This document shows positions 11,601 through 23,189 of a stretch of DNA of 64,000 nt, piece by piece. The stretch comes from Marsupella aquatica (lineage: Eukaryota > Plantae > Marchantiophyta). The position numbers and the translations under genes are program-made. The notes beneath the pieces are model-generated. The model did no database searches. It saw only the letters and a program-made list of their open reading frames with translations, and had not been told where the DNA came from. How positions within the stretch are numbered: position 1 is the stretch's first letter; the number at the start of each line of letters is the position of its first letter. Location: the NCBI GenBank assembly GCA_973895155.1, contig OZ316896.1, forward strand, positions 15,376,576-15,440,575. Reading direction: 5' to 3'.

Positions 11601-13301
11601 TCCAGTAGTTTCAGCAGACTCTGCATGCCTGGTTGCTGCATCGGCAAGTCTTCCTTCCTGGGCCTAAACACCTGCTCGATCGTAGGACTAACAGGTGGTT
11701 GAGGCTTCTCAGCCAACGGCCTCGGCGTTGGAGCTTCCTCGGGTGCCCTTACCTGCAGGGGAAGTACCGGGGCAAAAGTCTGACCTCTGGCATACCGGCA
11801 CAACAGCGGCATGTGATAGCCAAGCCGCGACACGCTCCCCATGCCGATTACCTGCTGCTCCTCCTTTAAGATCTTCTTCAATTGGTTGAGGAGGTACCCG
11901 TTGTAGTCCCGGCTTGGGTCTGGCCTTTCTGCCAGATAGACCTGTGCCTTGCCGATCTCTGCCCTCGGCAAGTTACAATGCATGGTCACCCGCAAGAAGT
12001 CGATCATCTCTCCTATGTGCGGGTTGGTGCAGGTGTTCCGGAAGAAGCCATTCTTCGTTGATGGCCCGGGGAACGACCGGAACTCCTTGTCAGGCAAGGT
12101 CTTCCTGGTATCAACTTTGGTCTTATTGCCCATCGGCAAGCCAAACACTTCGGCAATCACCTTGGGAGTAAGATAGAAATCCTTCCCATATATCCTCGTG
12201 CAATTGGTCTCGGGTTCCCATGACCCCACGAATTCTAATAGGTCTGACTCCGGTACCTCCGGCTTCAGCCATGGTAATCTTACAAAGGCCTCCAAGCCGG
12301 ATCCGGCCATGAAGCCTTGGTACTTCTTGGTCTGCATGGCCGTAAAGCATGCATCCTCCTCCCGTGCAAAATGTAGTTGCACCTCCACCGGTAGGGTTGC
12401 CGCCCAGCCCTTCCAGGTGTCATCCCTGGTTGGAATGGCCTTGATGGGATCGACCTCCTCCTCTTCGGCTTCTCCCTGCCTCCTGCTCTGCTGCTCGGCT
12501 GGCTTCTTTGGTGCCGCCAACCTCGTTCTTTTTGCCGGGGTGGCTTCATCGTTGACGGCTCCCTTCCTCTTCATCTCTGCTGCCGTGGAGGTTTCTCCTA
12601 GCACCGTTGCCTGGGTCCACCTTTCCGTGCTACCCTTTAATTCCCAGTGTATGTCGTTGCAGTTCTTGATGGCCTCTCGGATGCCGACGACGCTGTCTTT
12701 GCAAAACAGAAGATCGTCGAGTTGATTGGAAGTAGGCGTCCACAGGAACTCGTCCTTGATGAGTTCGCCTCCTAAGAAAGCCGTCTTCTGCAGCTCCCAC
12801 AATCGAGCGAGCTCCTGCCGTTCTCGAGCTGCCCTTTCTGACTCCTCGTCCTCGTAAGTCTTGATGTACTCAGTTGCCCGTTCGAACAGGCATCCCCAGA
12901 AATGTGTCGCTTGATTGACGTTGCTCATACCCTCCTTAGGTTGATCGTCGGTATCTACTCTCTCCCCGAGTGCTTGCCTAAGCAGCTGACAGTAGTTGGC
13001 CTCCCGTAGTCGTCTGCCTAGTTCGTGCTCGCAAATGAGCCACCATCTCCTGCAAGCGCTCCTTACCCCTCTCCTCTGCCGGTCCTTCTTCCCGTTGATC
13101 CTTCCTAGCCGCCGACGCTTAACGCGCCCTAACCCTAATCGGGTTTTCACCCTCAGCCTTACCTCCGGCCTCTGCCCGGGTTCCATGGTTGCCCCTAATT
13201 GTTTATATTTTCCTTGTTTTGTCACTATACTAAGGTGTTCCTAGGGTGCCTTCCTGCTTTACCCACTTAACCGGCCGAGTGATTCCTGTCTAGGCATCAC
13301 A
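8654..13301 (-). repeat. 5' LTR, 4648 bp
   Basis: TG...CA termini on the minus strand, adjacent PBS, near identity with 1-2429, and LINE sequence resuming at 13302. Confidence 0.9.
9575..12928 (-). pseudogene. LTR-encoded accessory ORF, ~1117 codons with two in-frame TAG stops (plant transposon-protein-like domain, low-complexity linker, coiled coil)
   Basis: ORFs 10661..13225, 10265..10612 and 9575..10249 share one frame, separated by TAG at 10661-3 and 10265-7. Motif LLEFVGSW...IYGKDFYLTPKVIAEVFGLP. E/K/L-rich heptads in the C-terminal half and AEAEAVGV repeats near 9710-9795. Confidence 0.8.
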
Positions 13302-14528
13302 CCCCTCTTTTGACATTAAAAATGAGACATTCACTAAGCTGCCGGTATGGATAGAGCTTCCTTTTCGGGATCTTGCATTGGAAGGATGCAGGAGGCAGAT
13401 TGCTTGCTCATTGGGCCCTCTGCTTTACTACATCCAGGGAGATCAGTTTAGCTCCTTCCCCCATGATAGAGCGTGCATTCTCTAGGACACGGATCGGGAG
13501 GTCCCTGCTAGTGTTAGAATTCGAATTAGGGATGATATCGTGATATGGCAACCAGTGACATTTCGCAACATTCCATATCACTGTTATAAATGTAATAAGA
13601 AGGGTCACCTGGCGCATAATTGCGGAGAATCAGGGGCATATGAGCCGCCTGTGGTGGTTGAAGCAGAGATTCCAGATGAGAAGGATGATGAACGCCATTC
13701 AGAAGCAGATGCGGAAGAGGCTCAACGGGCTTTGGATAACGCCAAGGCCAGGGCGGAATTCAGTGCGGCCAGGGCATTGCAGGTGGAAAACCAGCAGAGG
13801 AAGGCTGTGGAGGTAGATATGGAGCAGATCGAGAGGATGGTCTCTGAGAGTAGCAGGCACAAAAACCGGGCTGAGGGTTCAGGCTTAATGACAGGTGAGC
13901 CTGTTCATCTGAATGCGGGGATGCCCTTGGCAGTGGTGGCTAGAAATGAGTTGGCTCCGGTGGAGGTGATTCTCCCATTGGCGTGCAGGAGCGAGTATGG
14001 AAGGAAGGAGACTGTGCTAGATGCCAAGGCTTTGATTTTTGAGCCGCCCCCTTTTCCTGCGGAGCAAGGGAACTCTGGACTGCTACAGGCCTCTGACTTT
14101 AATCGGGGGACTCTGGCAAAGAAGCTTTCTCGTATCATGGTGATTCGGACGCTGAGATGTCTGAATATGAGACTTACATTTCAAACAGTAAACTCAAGGC
14201 CAGAGCACGGAAGCAGGAGCTGAGAACTCCTCCCACTGTTACCAAAGACAAACTGAAAGGTGATTCCAAGAAACAACGTTCCCTAAGCTTCTCACGAGGA
14301 TGCTTGTCTGATGCAGGTGGCGGTGACAGGTCCTCACGGGGACACAAAGGGCTGGCAGGTACCGAGCGATCCGATGGAGAGGAGATAGGTAAGGTTGTGG
14401 GAGAGGGGTCCTCTGGTGTAAACAGGGGTGGTAACCGGCTTAAGTTGATACCTTTTGCTGCGGTCTCAGGCAACCTGAGAATTAGCTCGGATGTGGAGAT
14501 GTCTCCGGGGGGACGCGCTCGAATTTAA
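13302..14528 (+). pseudogene. LINE ORF1 remnant (zf-CCHC)
   Basis: PVWIELP and HCYKCNKKGHLAHNC are typical of plant L1 ORF1; contains a stop and a frameshift. Confidence 0.75.
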
Positions 14529-14599
14529 CTCAACTCGGAGGCAGAGATGGAGGCCGCTGCTATGGTGATTCAAATTTAGGCTAGATGGGCGAATTGCTG

Positions 14600-17500
14600 T
14601 TGTTGGCGTCGTGGAATGTGTGTGGTTTATGTGTGGTTTATGTGAGACAAATCGTAAGCATGTAGTAAAGAATTGGGTGCAGTCATTACGGGCCCCTGTC
14701 AGCATCCTGACTCTACAAGAAGTTAAAGCTGAACAATTTTGCCTGGATTTGGCTTTGAGGGCTATCCTCCCTACATATCAATTCTTCTCGTCGGCTCCTG
14801 ATGAGGGAAGAGGAGGCACAACTCTGCTAGTTCACCCGGAGTTGAAGGTAGTACGTGGCATCGGGACTGTTAAAACTGGGGCGGGCGGTGTGGATTATCC
14901 TGGAGATTGATGGAGAAAGGATGGGAGTAGTATCAATTTACGCACCTAATTCAGCATGACAAAGGGCCGTGCTGTGGTATGACCTCAAGGTGGGGCTACC
15001 AACGGAGAATTGGATTCTCTGTGGGGACTTCAACATGACTAAGTTGCAACATGACTCAACTGGTGGCTCATCTCTTATCGGTGGCCGGGAGGCGGAGTTA
15101 TGGAGATTTCTTAAAGTTTGGTTTGACATGGAAGATGTGTACACACTAAGAGGTGGTGCTATGGGAGCTAAGTTCACATGGAGAAGGAACCGGAATGGAG
15201 TTTGGTCACAGTCCAGACTGGACCGTTTTTATATTAGCGGCAAAGGCTGGTGGCTAGGCGAAATTATGGAGTTGCGACATGAGGGGGGTTCTGCATTATC
15301 GGATCATGACCCGATTATGCCGTGGGTTCGGCTGCAAGGAAATTGTACTGATGGGGAGAGAGGTAAAGCAAAGTTTTTCAAGGCAAATCCGGCTTTACTT
15401 AGGAGGCAGGCCGACATGGAGCTGCTCGAGTTGGCCTGGAAGGAGGGGAGGAGAGGATTCATGGATCCTCACCTTCGGTTTGCCAAGGCAAGTATACAAC
15501 TAAGAAGTACTTATAAGGCGCTGCAGGCACGACCAAAGGAGGCAGAGGAAGAACTGGAGTTCTTAAGGGCAAAATTGCGCGCTCTTAAAAATGCCATTTT
15601 GGACTCACAGACTGAGACAGACATTCTGGATTACGTGTTAATGGAGGATACTTTGCATTCGACAGAATTTGAAGTGGCAAACAGAGGCCGTAGACTTGCA
15701 AGAGTTAAATGGCTGGGAGAAGGAGAGGAATCTTCTAAATTCTTTTTTGCCACTACCAGAGCGAAGCAAGCTCGGGAAGCAATGAAGTTGCTGATAAGAG
15801 ATGATGGAACGGAGATTACAGAACCACGGATTATACTGAAGGAAGTACAGCGGATGTGCTCGGCTCTTTACTCTCCTCCTGAAATGACCTGGGACGAGGG
15901 AGTGGTGCAAAGGAGGGAATGATCAAGGCTTCTGCAGAACATGAGGTTTGCACTTTCGAATGGGGCAATGAGGAGAATGGATGCTTTGCCCACAACTAAG
16001 GAAGTGAAAGTTGTATTATGGATGCTCCCTTGCGACAAATCACCCGGGCCGGACGGGATGACTGCAGAGGTGTACCGTGCTTGTTGGGACTTTATTGGAG
16101 AAGATCTGGTAGAGATGATTCAAGCATTCTGGCTTACTGGGGAGCTGGACAGGGGGATCAAGGAGGGGATCGTCAAGCTTATTCCAAAAAAACCTGACAA
16201 ACGACTCCTTAAAGACTGGCGACCGCTCACGATGCTCAACACGGTATACAAGATCATTGCCAAGATCTTGGCTTTGCGGCTGAAGCCTCTACTGAACCAG
16301 ATGATCAGCCCGCAGCAGACTGGTTTTATCCCAGGTCGTCGTATCCTGGAGAACATTTCACTGGCATGGTTGGCGTGCGATTGGGTGCAGAAGCAGAAGG
16401 CTGAATCACTTTTTCTAAAGCTGGACTTTGAAAAGGCGTTTGATCGAGTTAACCATGAGTATATATGGGAGACTATGCACGTATTGGGCATAAGCAGTCA
16501 TTTCATTAAGCTTGTACAAGCTCTTCTTTTGCAAGCTTCATCGAGGGTTCTGGTGAATGGTTATTGCTCTGGGCCGATTGAATTGCTAAGGGGTGTGCAT
16601 CAAGGCTGTCCTCTATCGCCACTGCTTTTTGTCATTTCAACCCAACCATTAATGGACTTCCTAGATGCGGAGTTGGCTGCGGGTATTGCAATTTCAGAAA
16701 CATTGACTATCTGTTATCGTCTGTTTGCGGATGATGTGGGTATGTTTATTCCTGCCTCAGAGCAGGCTTTCAAGGAGGCCACGGTGGCGTTGGCGTGCTA
16801 TGAGACGGCCTCTGGAGCCCGGTTGAACCTGCGTAAATCTGTGGTGATCCCGCTGGCTCTTAATGTCATCCCACGGTGGCTGCTGGAAGTTGGATGTCAC
16901 GTTTGCCAGAGAGGGGAGATACAAAAGTACCTTGGGGCCCCCATTGGTGTGGGTTTGAGGACTGAGCAACTTCACAAATTCTGTCTGGATAAAGTGAGTG
17001 GTCGGCTAGCATCTTGGACTAACAAGCTGCTCTCATTTACAAGGAGGACCTTATTAGTAAAACATGTGTTGCAGGCAATCCCAATTTATCACGTCATGCA
17101 TTTCAAAGCTTCAGCCGAGTTGGCAATGAAACTGAGTGCTCTTAGTCGCGACTTCTTGTGGGGTTATAATCCTGCTGGAGGGAGGAAAATTCCGTTGGTT
17201 GCTTGGGCAAAGATGTCTCTGCCAAAGGTTGAAGGTGGCCTGGGCTTCAAAGACTTTAAGAGCCACTCAGATGCTCTTTTGTCACAGTGGTTTATTAAAG
17301 CTCTGAATTCCCCTGATCTGGAATGGGCTAGAATGCTTGCTGCAAACCTCTCCTTAATGGGCTGGTTGAATTACAAAGTCATACGCAGGAATCAGTATTC
17401 GCTCAAGGATAAGCTTTTGTTGTGTTCTCCCCGCACCGGAGGTGGTCTTTCATATACCACTGGTCTGTGGAAGGCCTGGGAGCAGGTGAGAGCACATCTC

Positions 17501-18514
17501 TCGTTCGAACCTGGGATGTGGGGTATTCCAGGGCGCTGGAGCATTCAGGATACCCTAAGATGCATTACAGAGTTTAACTCGCTGCCAAACGAGGATATAT
17601 TAGGGATCACTGCCATTTGTGGCAGGTTGGGCTTGAGAAGTATTAAGGATGGATGGTGTACGGAGAGTGCTGGTTGGAAGGAGATGCCCTTGCGGTGGCA
17701 TCAAATGAGGGGTTTCTCTGAGGAGCAACGCGGTTTGACTAAGGCATTTTTGGCGAAGATCTGGGCGTCTGGCTCCTGTACCCTGAACCTGGACCCTGGG
17801 GCTCGGAGGTGGAGATGGGCTGATAAGGTTGGGCCCCTGAAGAACTTTGATATTGCCAATTGCAGGGTGTATGAGTTTCTTAGACCATCTGTGTCATTCT
17901 ATGAGTGTCTGAACTGTATCTGGTCATCGAATGGGACTGAGATGGAGTGGAATAAGAGATGGAGTCTGCTGTGGAGGTCCGATCTTTCTTGCAGGGCCAA
18001 GACCTTCATTTGGAGGGTGATTGTTGGGGGTTTGTTCATGGGTGAGAGGGCTCTTAGAATTAAAGCTAGTAACGGCGAATGCAAGTATTGCAGGGGGCTG
18101 CTGGAGTTGATGCCACATCTGTTTGTTCAATGCAGGTTTGCTATCAGGTGCTGGCAGATGTATAGGGATGTGCTTGGGACTCTGCGGGTGCCTTTCGGAG
18201 TTGGTCTGCTGCCCCTGTTGGATGATTCCCTGGGGAAGGAAGTTACTCATTCTGTGAAGCTGTTTATGCTTTACCAAATGTTGTGGATGATCTGGAGGGC
18301 CCGTAATGATCATATGTTCCAGGCCGGTGCTGGTAGGAAATTCAATTTTGGTTTGGTGCTCACTGAGACGGCAGATCACTTGTTTGCTGTGGGCTGCCGT
18401 TTTCCGCTTGGCAGGCGTCATGCCCGGGTGAGCCGGGCCGGCGTATGGCTTGCTTTTCATCGTCAGGATTGGTTTCGGGCTGGTCGGCTTCGCTTTGGTG
18501 GTGGCGTGGTGTGA
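14600..18514 (+). pseudogene. LINE ORF2 (endonuclease-RT-zinc finger), disrupted; RT part open at 15941..18514
   Basis: SWNV, LQEVK, GDFN, SRLDRFY and SDHDP (APE); KSPGPDG, WRPLTMLN, LDFEKAFD, QGCPLSP and LFADD (RT); CKYC...HLFVQC. An 11-bp tandem duplication near 14618-14640 and several frameshifts or stops disrupt it. Confidence 0.9.
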
Positions 18515-19989
18515 TGTCTTTTGGCGTGGTAGTGTCATTGTTAGTTGCTCATTAGTTTTCTTGGGCTCCCAGGGGCCCTATTGGGGGTGTGGGGCTGCTG
18601 GGGTGTGTTGGCCCCGGACTGTTGCCCCTGCTGTGTTGTTAGGTTCTGGCTGCATTGGCCTTTGTTGTCCCCCCCTATCCGTGGGGTTTCACGGTATTAA
18701 AATTTATAAAAAATCCATTCCAAGGAATAGACCACTACCACAAAAGGAACACCGAGAAAGGTGAACACAAAGGAAAAAACATCTCAAGGTGCATCTAAAG
18801 ATCACAGAGGACGATAATCCACCAACCATACCAATTTGCATATATAGTCTTTTCCAAATTAAAAAATATGTGCAAAATGTCTCCGCAACTCAATATGTTG
18901 TATACAATTCCAACCAGCATACCATAGTGCTATCTGACTATGAGCAAAGTGACAAAACTTATGTGTTGGCTCAGCGCCCATTTGGGTTTTGTTATTATTC
19001 CAGTCTTCACTCATCATGAATTCATTTTTTGAGAGTTTGTGGGCAAATTGTTTTTTGATTCTAGGAGGGAGTGTAGTTGCCTTCTCATTTGTCATATGTG
19101 TAGATTGAGTGTAAAGTTAAGAATCAAACTAGAGCCCTTTGATTATTCTTTTCTCTATCTTTTGTCATGAAATGTAGGTTTACATTCATTGCCCTTTTAT
19201 TCTATACTACTCACTTTCTATAGGTTCTTTTCTTTATTTCAAGTTAAACTGTCATTTAGTGAGGTTTTTCACTCGTTGCCCTCTCATTGGTTAACTACTC
19301 ACTCTTTATTGAAATAAGATTTTTCTACTTTTCAGCTACAAAAGTACTGTAGATGTTTTCATGCTTTCACTCTAAGTCCATTCATTTTTTTTCTCTCTTT
19401 GGCTCATTTAAAATCACATTCCCTTTTTGGGGGAATTTTATTTCAATTGCGCCATGTCAGACAGCACTACTGTAAATGGTATATACAGTAGACTGCCATC
19501 TCAACTGTCCGTGACAATACTTTCTGGGTCATATTAAGGCCTCCATCCCTTCAACCTTAAGCCCAGCCAATAAACCATAAACAGAAGTATATTATCATCC
19601 ACTAGATTCTTCCATGAAAAGAGCATTTACTTATGTTTCTTCCCAGTTTTCTTTCCTTCAAAGGAGCACCTTTATTACAGATGTTCTTCCCAATGAACCA
19701 AATATAGAATCTATTATCATCCCGTACAAGCCTAATGCCCGTGCATTGCACGATGCAAGGAGGGCCGGCCCATAGGGAGTCGGGACAGGGCATTTATGGG
19801 ACCATGTGGGGCAGCACATATGTGCCATGGGTGCCCATTTCCTCCATCAATGGTCAGGGAAAACAGCCAAACGAATCCAATGGCTGTGGATCTTTCCCGC
19901 CCATGAACTTTTTTTATTGGGACAAAGGACAAAAATATGCTGGGTCCCTTATTATAGTTGTAGATATTCTTCCCCACAATACAATATGG

Positions 19990-20670
19990 GGCCCTTTTTT
20001 GGACCTCCATCTCTTCAGTTGAAATAAAGTTCAGCCAATGAAGCTTTTCAGCAAGTGAGATTTGGGGAGGGCAACTACCCTAGGTCCCACTAACACATTC
20101 ATATCTCACCCTGGATGGGTTTAGGGTACCCTGGCACATGTCCCAGGCACCACTAACTACAGTAACCCAACACTATGAGAAACAGTAAGTGAGAAGTTGG
20201 TTTCGTTGTATCCTTATCACTTCGATTGAACTACAGTTCAGCCAATAAACCTTGACGAGGGTTTTTCAGGGTAAGAGATAGATTTGGTGAGGGGACCAGG
20301 TTCCTACCTGCAAGGGTTTAGGGTTTCGGGTACTCTGGGAGGTGTTCCAGGCACCACTCACTAATAACCCCCAACAGTATTTGACATCGTGAGTGACCTG
20401 CTCGTTGCGCTGTATCCTTATTGACGGTCACTGTTATGTTGGAGGAGAGTTTGGGCAGAGCTGGGTTGAGAATTGGGTTCTTTGGGCTGTGGAAGGGGAA
20501 GCGAAGCTGCAGAAGGAGGTAATAGGTTTCATAGTAGGCAGTTGCATCGATAGCTTGAGAGTCGGGGTGAAGAGCGCAAAGCTGTAGGCAGAGGTAATGT
20601 TTCCCTACGACAGTGCTTATTGGCTGAACTTTAGTTCAGTAAATCTGATGGGGGCACAAAAATGGCCCCA
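19990..20670. repeat. degenerate inverted repeats plus internal direct repeats (possible non-autonomous DNA transposon remnant)
   Basis: 19990-20045 is an imperfect reverse complement of 20615-20669. The block gggtttaggg...ccaggcaccact is repeated at ~20117 and ~20314, and cagccaat recurs. Confidence 0.4.
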
Positions 20671-20780
20671 AAATACTTTGGTTCTACTACTTTGGTCCCA
20701 ATACATTGGTTTGCTATACTTTGTCTTTTGTAACTAGCTTATTGTCATGATGAGTTACATTGAGGAGAGTAAAGTATTTT

Positions 20781-21192
20781 TGTGACGCCAATGACATGGT
20801 CCTTATTATGTAATCTGATTAAGTAGGTTGCTGTATGCAAGGAGTAGCTATTGATATTGCATAACAATTAGCAAGATGGCAAGAATAAGGGCAATCATGG
20901 CATTAAGAGTAGGGAAATAAAAGCTATGTCGCGGGTGGTCGGCGACCATATCTCTTTCAATATGTCACCAAATCCGGATCTGTAAAGAGCATTGGAAAGA
21001 TCTGGTCAAGGCGAGTAAAATCGATATAAAACACTCGGGAAATGGAGGTGTATTAAGGAAGATACGGCCTGATTAGTGTGTCAGGTTAACTTGTGACCGG
21101 AATTAGCGGATTCGGCTTCAGTTTCGGGTTAACCCAAGCTCGGCCACGGCTTAGCTTAGGTAAGCACGGCTTCAGCTTAGCTCAGGTCAGCA
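20781..21192 (+). repeat. 3'-truncated LTR fragment (first ~410 bp), same family as 30239-36690
   Basis: Starts TGTGACGCCAATGAC, is highly similar to 30239-30650, and breaks off within the 26-bp repeat array. Confidence 0.9.
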
Positions 21193-21213
21193 TACAGTAT
21201 TGCTGCAGATTGT

Positions 21214-22090
21214 GTGACTAGAGCTACACTGGACTCTGGTCATGCTGCTCCATCTTTCCTGACTATGCTGTTGAGTGGAAAGACCTTGGACACTAACTCC
21301 ATTCACAAGGTACCTCATCATTTGCCAAAAGTGGTACCTAGCGACAGGACTTCAGTTTCCACCACCATTGCCATTGTTGACAGCAGGAATTCAGCGGTCA
21401 AATTGGAGGGTCACACTCCTCAGGTGGTCATGCTAGACACAGGCGCTCAACCAGTGATATTGGGCATTCAGTTTGCCAAGAAGATGGGACTGCTGACTGA
21501 TCATTTACAACAATCCAGGTGGCACATTCGGACTGCTAGTGGCACTGTGGAGGATGTGTTGGGTGAGAGTTCTACTTTACTCACTCTCACTTTTAATGGA
21601 GGTACAGATCAAGAATTGCATTTCCCAGTCAGATGTTTGGTTACCAATGCCACTATGTATGATGTGCTCATTGGCCAGGAGGCTTTGTTCCCACCAGGTT
21701 TTACCATTGACAACTGGCATGAGCATGCATACTACAGAGTTGATTGGCATACTGATGGCTCACACTTGGGCTACATTCCACTTGAGTTGCATGGTGCCCA
21801 TACACCTATGGCTCACCACTGTGTGTTGAAAGCAGTGCACACAACTACCTATGTCAACCACCCATTGCAGGATTGGATTGAGGAGGATGATGATGAGGTG
21901 GCTGCTGCACATGCTGCTGCACGTATAGCAGCACTTTCTAGCAACATGGATCATCAACCAGAGGTGGTACAACAACTCCAAGCAGCCCATGGACCTTTGG
22001 TGGCTGCATTGCACAAATTTGAGGACCTTGGGCAGCACAATGGACAACCAATAGCCCCAATCTTGAGCGCACCAGTTACATGGACTCCTG
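21214..22090 (+). pseudogene. aspartic protease and linker of the DNMT-carrying element
   Basis: VMLDTGAQPVILG and YDVLIGQE retropepsin motifs. Confidence 0.85.
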
Positions 22091-23045
22091 CTCCAGATGG
22101 CCTTACATTGCTTGAGCTTTTTGATGGCATTTCTACAGGCCTGGAAGCTCTCCTATAGTCCGGCATGGTGGTGAAGCAATACATCTACGTGGACATTGAT
22201 CCAGGTGCAAGGCAAGTGGCTGAATCCCGTCTGCTGGAATTTTCAGAATGATTTCCCCAGCAGTTTCCACACAATGCATGGAAGTCTGCATTTTCTTTCT
22301 TCCCTCCAGATATCCAGCTTGTCCAGCACCGACACTTAACCCTTCTTGGTTCCCTTGATTTGATCATAGCTGGTTGGGAATGCCAAGGGTTTTCAGCTGC
22401 TGGTCATGGTGCTGGATTGCATGACTCTCGTTCTGGCCTTTTCACAGCATTGGTTCAGATTCTCACCTGGGCTCAATCCCTTGATCCTGCTGTTGGTTAT
22501 ATCATTGAGAATACTCCATCTCAGTTTGACCAGCGTCCACAAGTCAAAGAGGATTTCAGTGTGGTCTAGCACTACTTGGGACCACCTCTTCTCATTGATG
22601 CAGTGCACTGTGGTTCTTATGCACGTCGTCTTCGTAACTTTTAGACTAACCTTGCACCACCTTCCTTGTTGGAGTTGGCTCTTCACCACACATCCAGGGA
22701 CACTAACCTCACAGTGGACCAGATTTTGGATCCTGACAGTTCTTGCCAACCAGTTACACGGCAAGAGCCAGCACCTTGGTATCCAGCCAATACCATTGGA
22801 CAGCCCCATGCTGCTTGGCCTACATTTGTATCCTTTCCAGGTGCACATGCTTTTCAGGGTGATGATCCTGGCCTGGTTTATCGACATTCTACCGGTACAT
22901 GGGATGAACCTAGTCTTGAGGAGAGAGAACGGGCTATGGGCTTCCAACCCGGTACTACAGGTCACACCAAAATCACCAGGTTGGCCAGGAATGCTTTACT
23001 TGGCAGGGTAATGGATCTCAATGCTCTCACTTGGCTTCTGGTCAC
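22091..23045 (+). pseudogene. DNMT3-like C5 cytosine DNA methyltransferase domain within pol
   Basis: Same frame as the protease across four stops (22156, 22249, 22567, 22642). Motif I LLELFDGISTG, II YVDID, IV LIIAGWECQGFS, VI YIIENT, VIII RRLRNF*TNL, IX ERERAMGF, X RNALLGRVMD. Confidence 0.88.
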
Positions 23046-23189
23046 TTGCATCCTTTTTCAGATGTACATTCATTCAGCATCCGGAGTTCCAGCCCTACCA
23101 CTCCATGGTGCTGTTACATGGCATCCAGACCAGGTGCACTTACCTCTATTCAACACTCACCGCTTCAGTCCAAGTGTTGGGGGGAGGAG

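Larger units (their letters stand above)
1..13301 (-). mobile_element. Ty3/gypsy LTR retrotransposon (non-chromovirus, Athila/Phygy-like) with giant ORF-bearing LTRs; 3' LTR runs off the left edge
   Basis: Order on the minus strand: 5' LTR 13301-8654 (TGTGATG...CACCACA), PBS, gag-pro, RT-RH-INT, PPT, 3' LTR from 2429. The RT motifs KDHFPLPF/DGYSGYNQI/RMPFGLCNAP are Athila-like. No chromodomain follows GPF. Confidence 0.95.
13302..18714 (+). mobile_element. L1-clade LINE retrotransposon, degraded; its 5' part is displaced by the gypsy insertion
   Basis: ORF1 remnant (LPVWIELP, zinc knuckle CYKCNKKGHLAHNC), APE endonuclease, RT and zf-RVT, followed by an A-rich tail near 18700-18714. Confidence 0.92.

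Noticed and set aside
12929-13225. Arg-rich 99-aa N-terminal extension of the 854-aa ORF
   Set aside because: It starts at a GTG and is broken by a 1-bp indel in the other LTR. The ATG at 12928 matches the N-terminus of the homologues.
1-13301. 1-2429 versus 10882-13301 as a segmental duplication of a host gene
   Set aside because: The boundaries coincide with TG termini, PPT and PBS, so these are LTRs.
20117-20325. Interstitial telomeric repeats (gggtttaggg)
   Set aside because: Only single isolated units; no array.
22091-23045. Bacterial restriction-modification methylase or contamination
   Set aside because: In frame with a retroelement protease, with DNMT3-like motifs and the same decay pattern as the surrounding pol.
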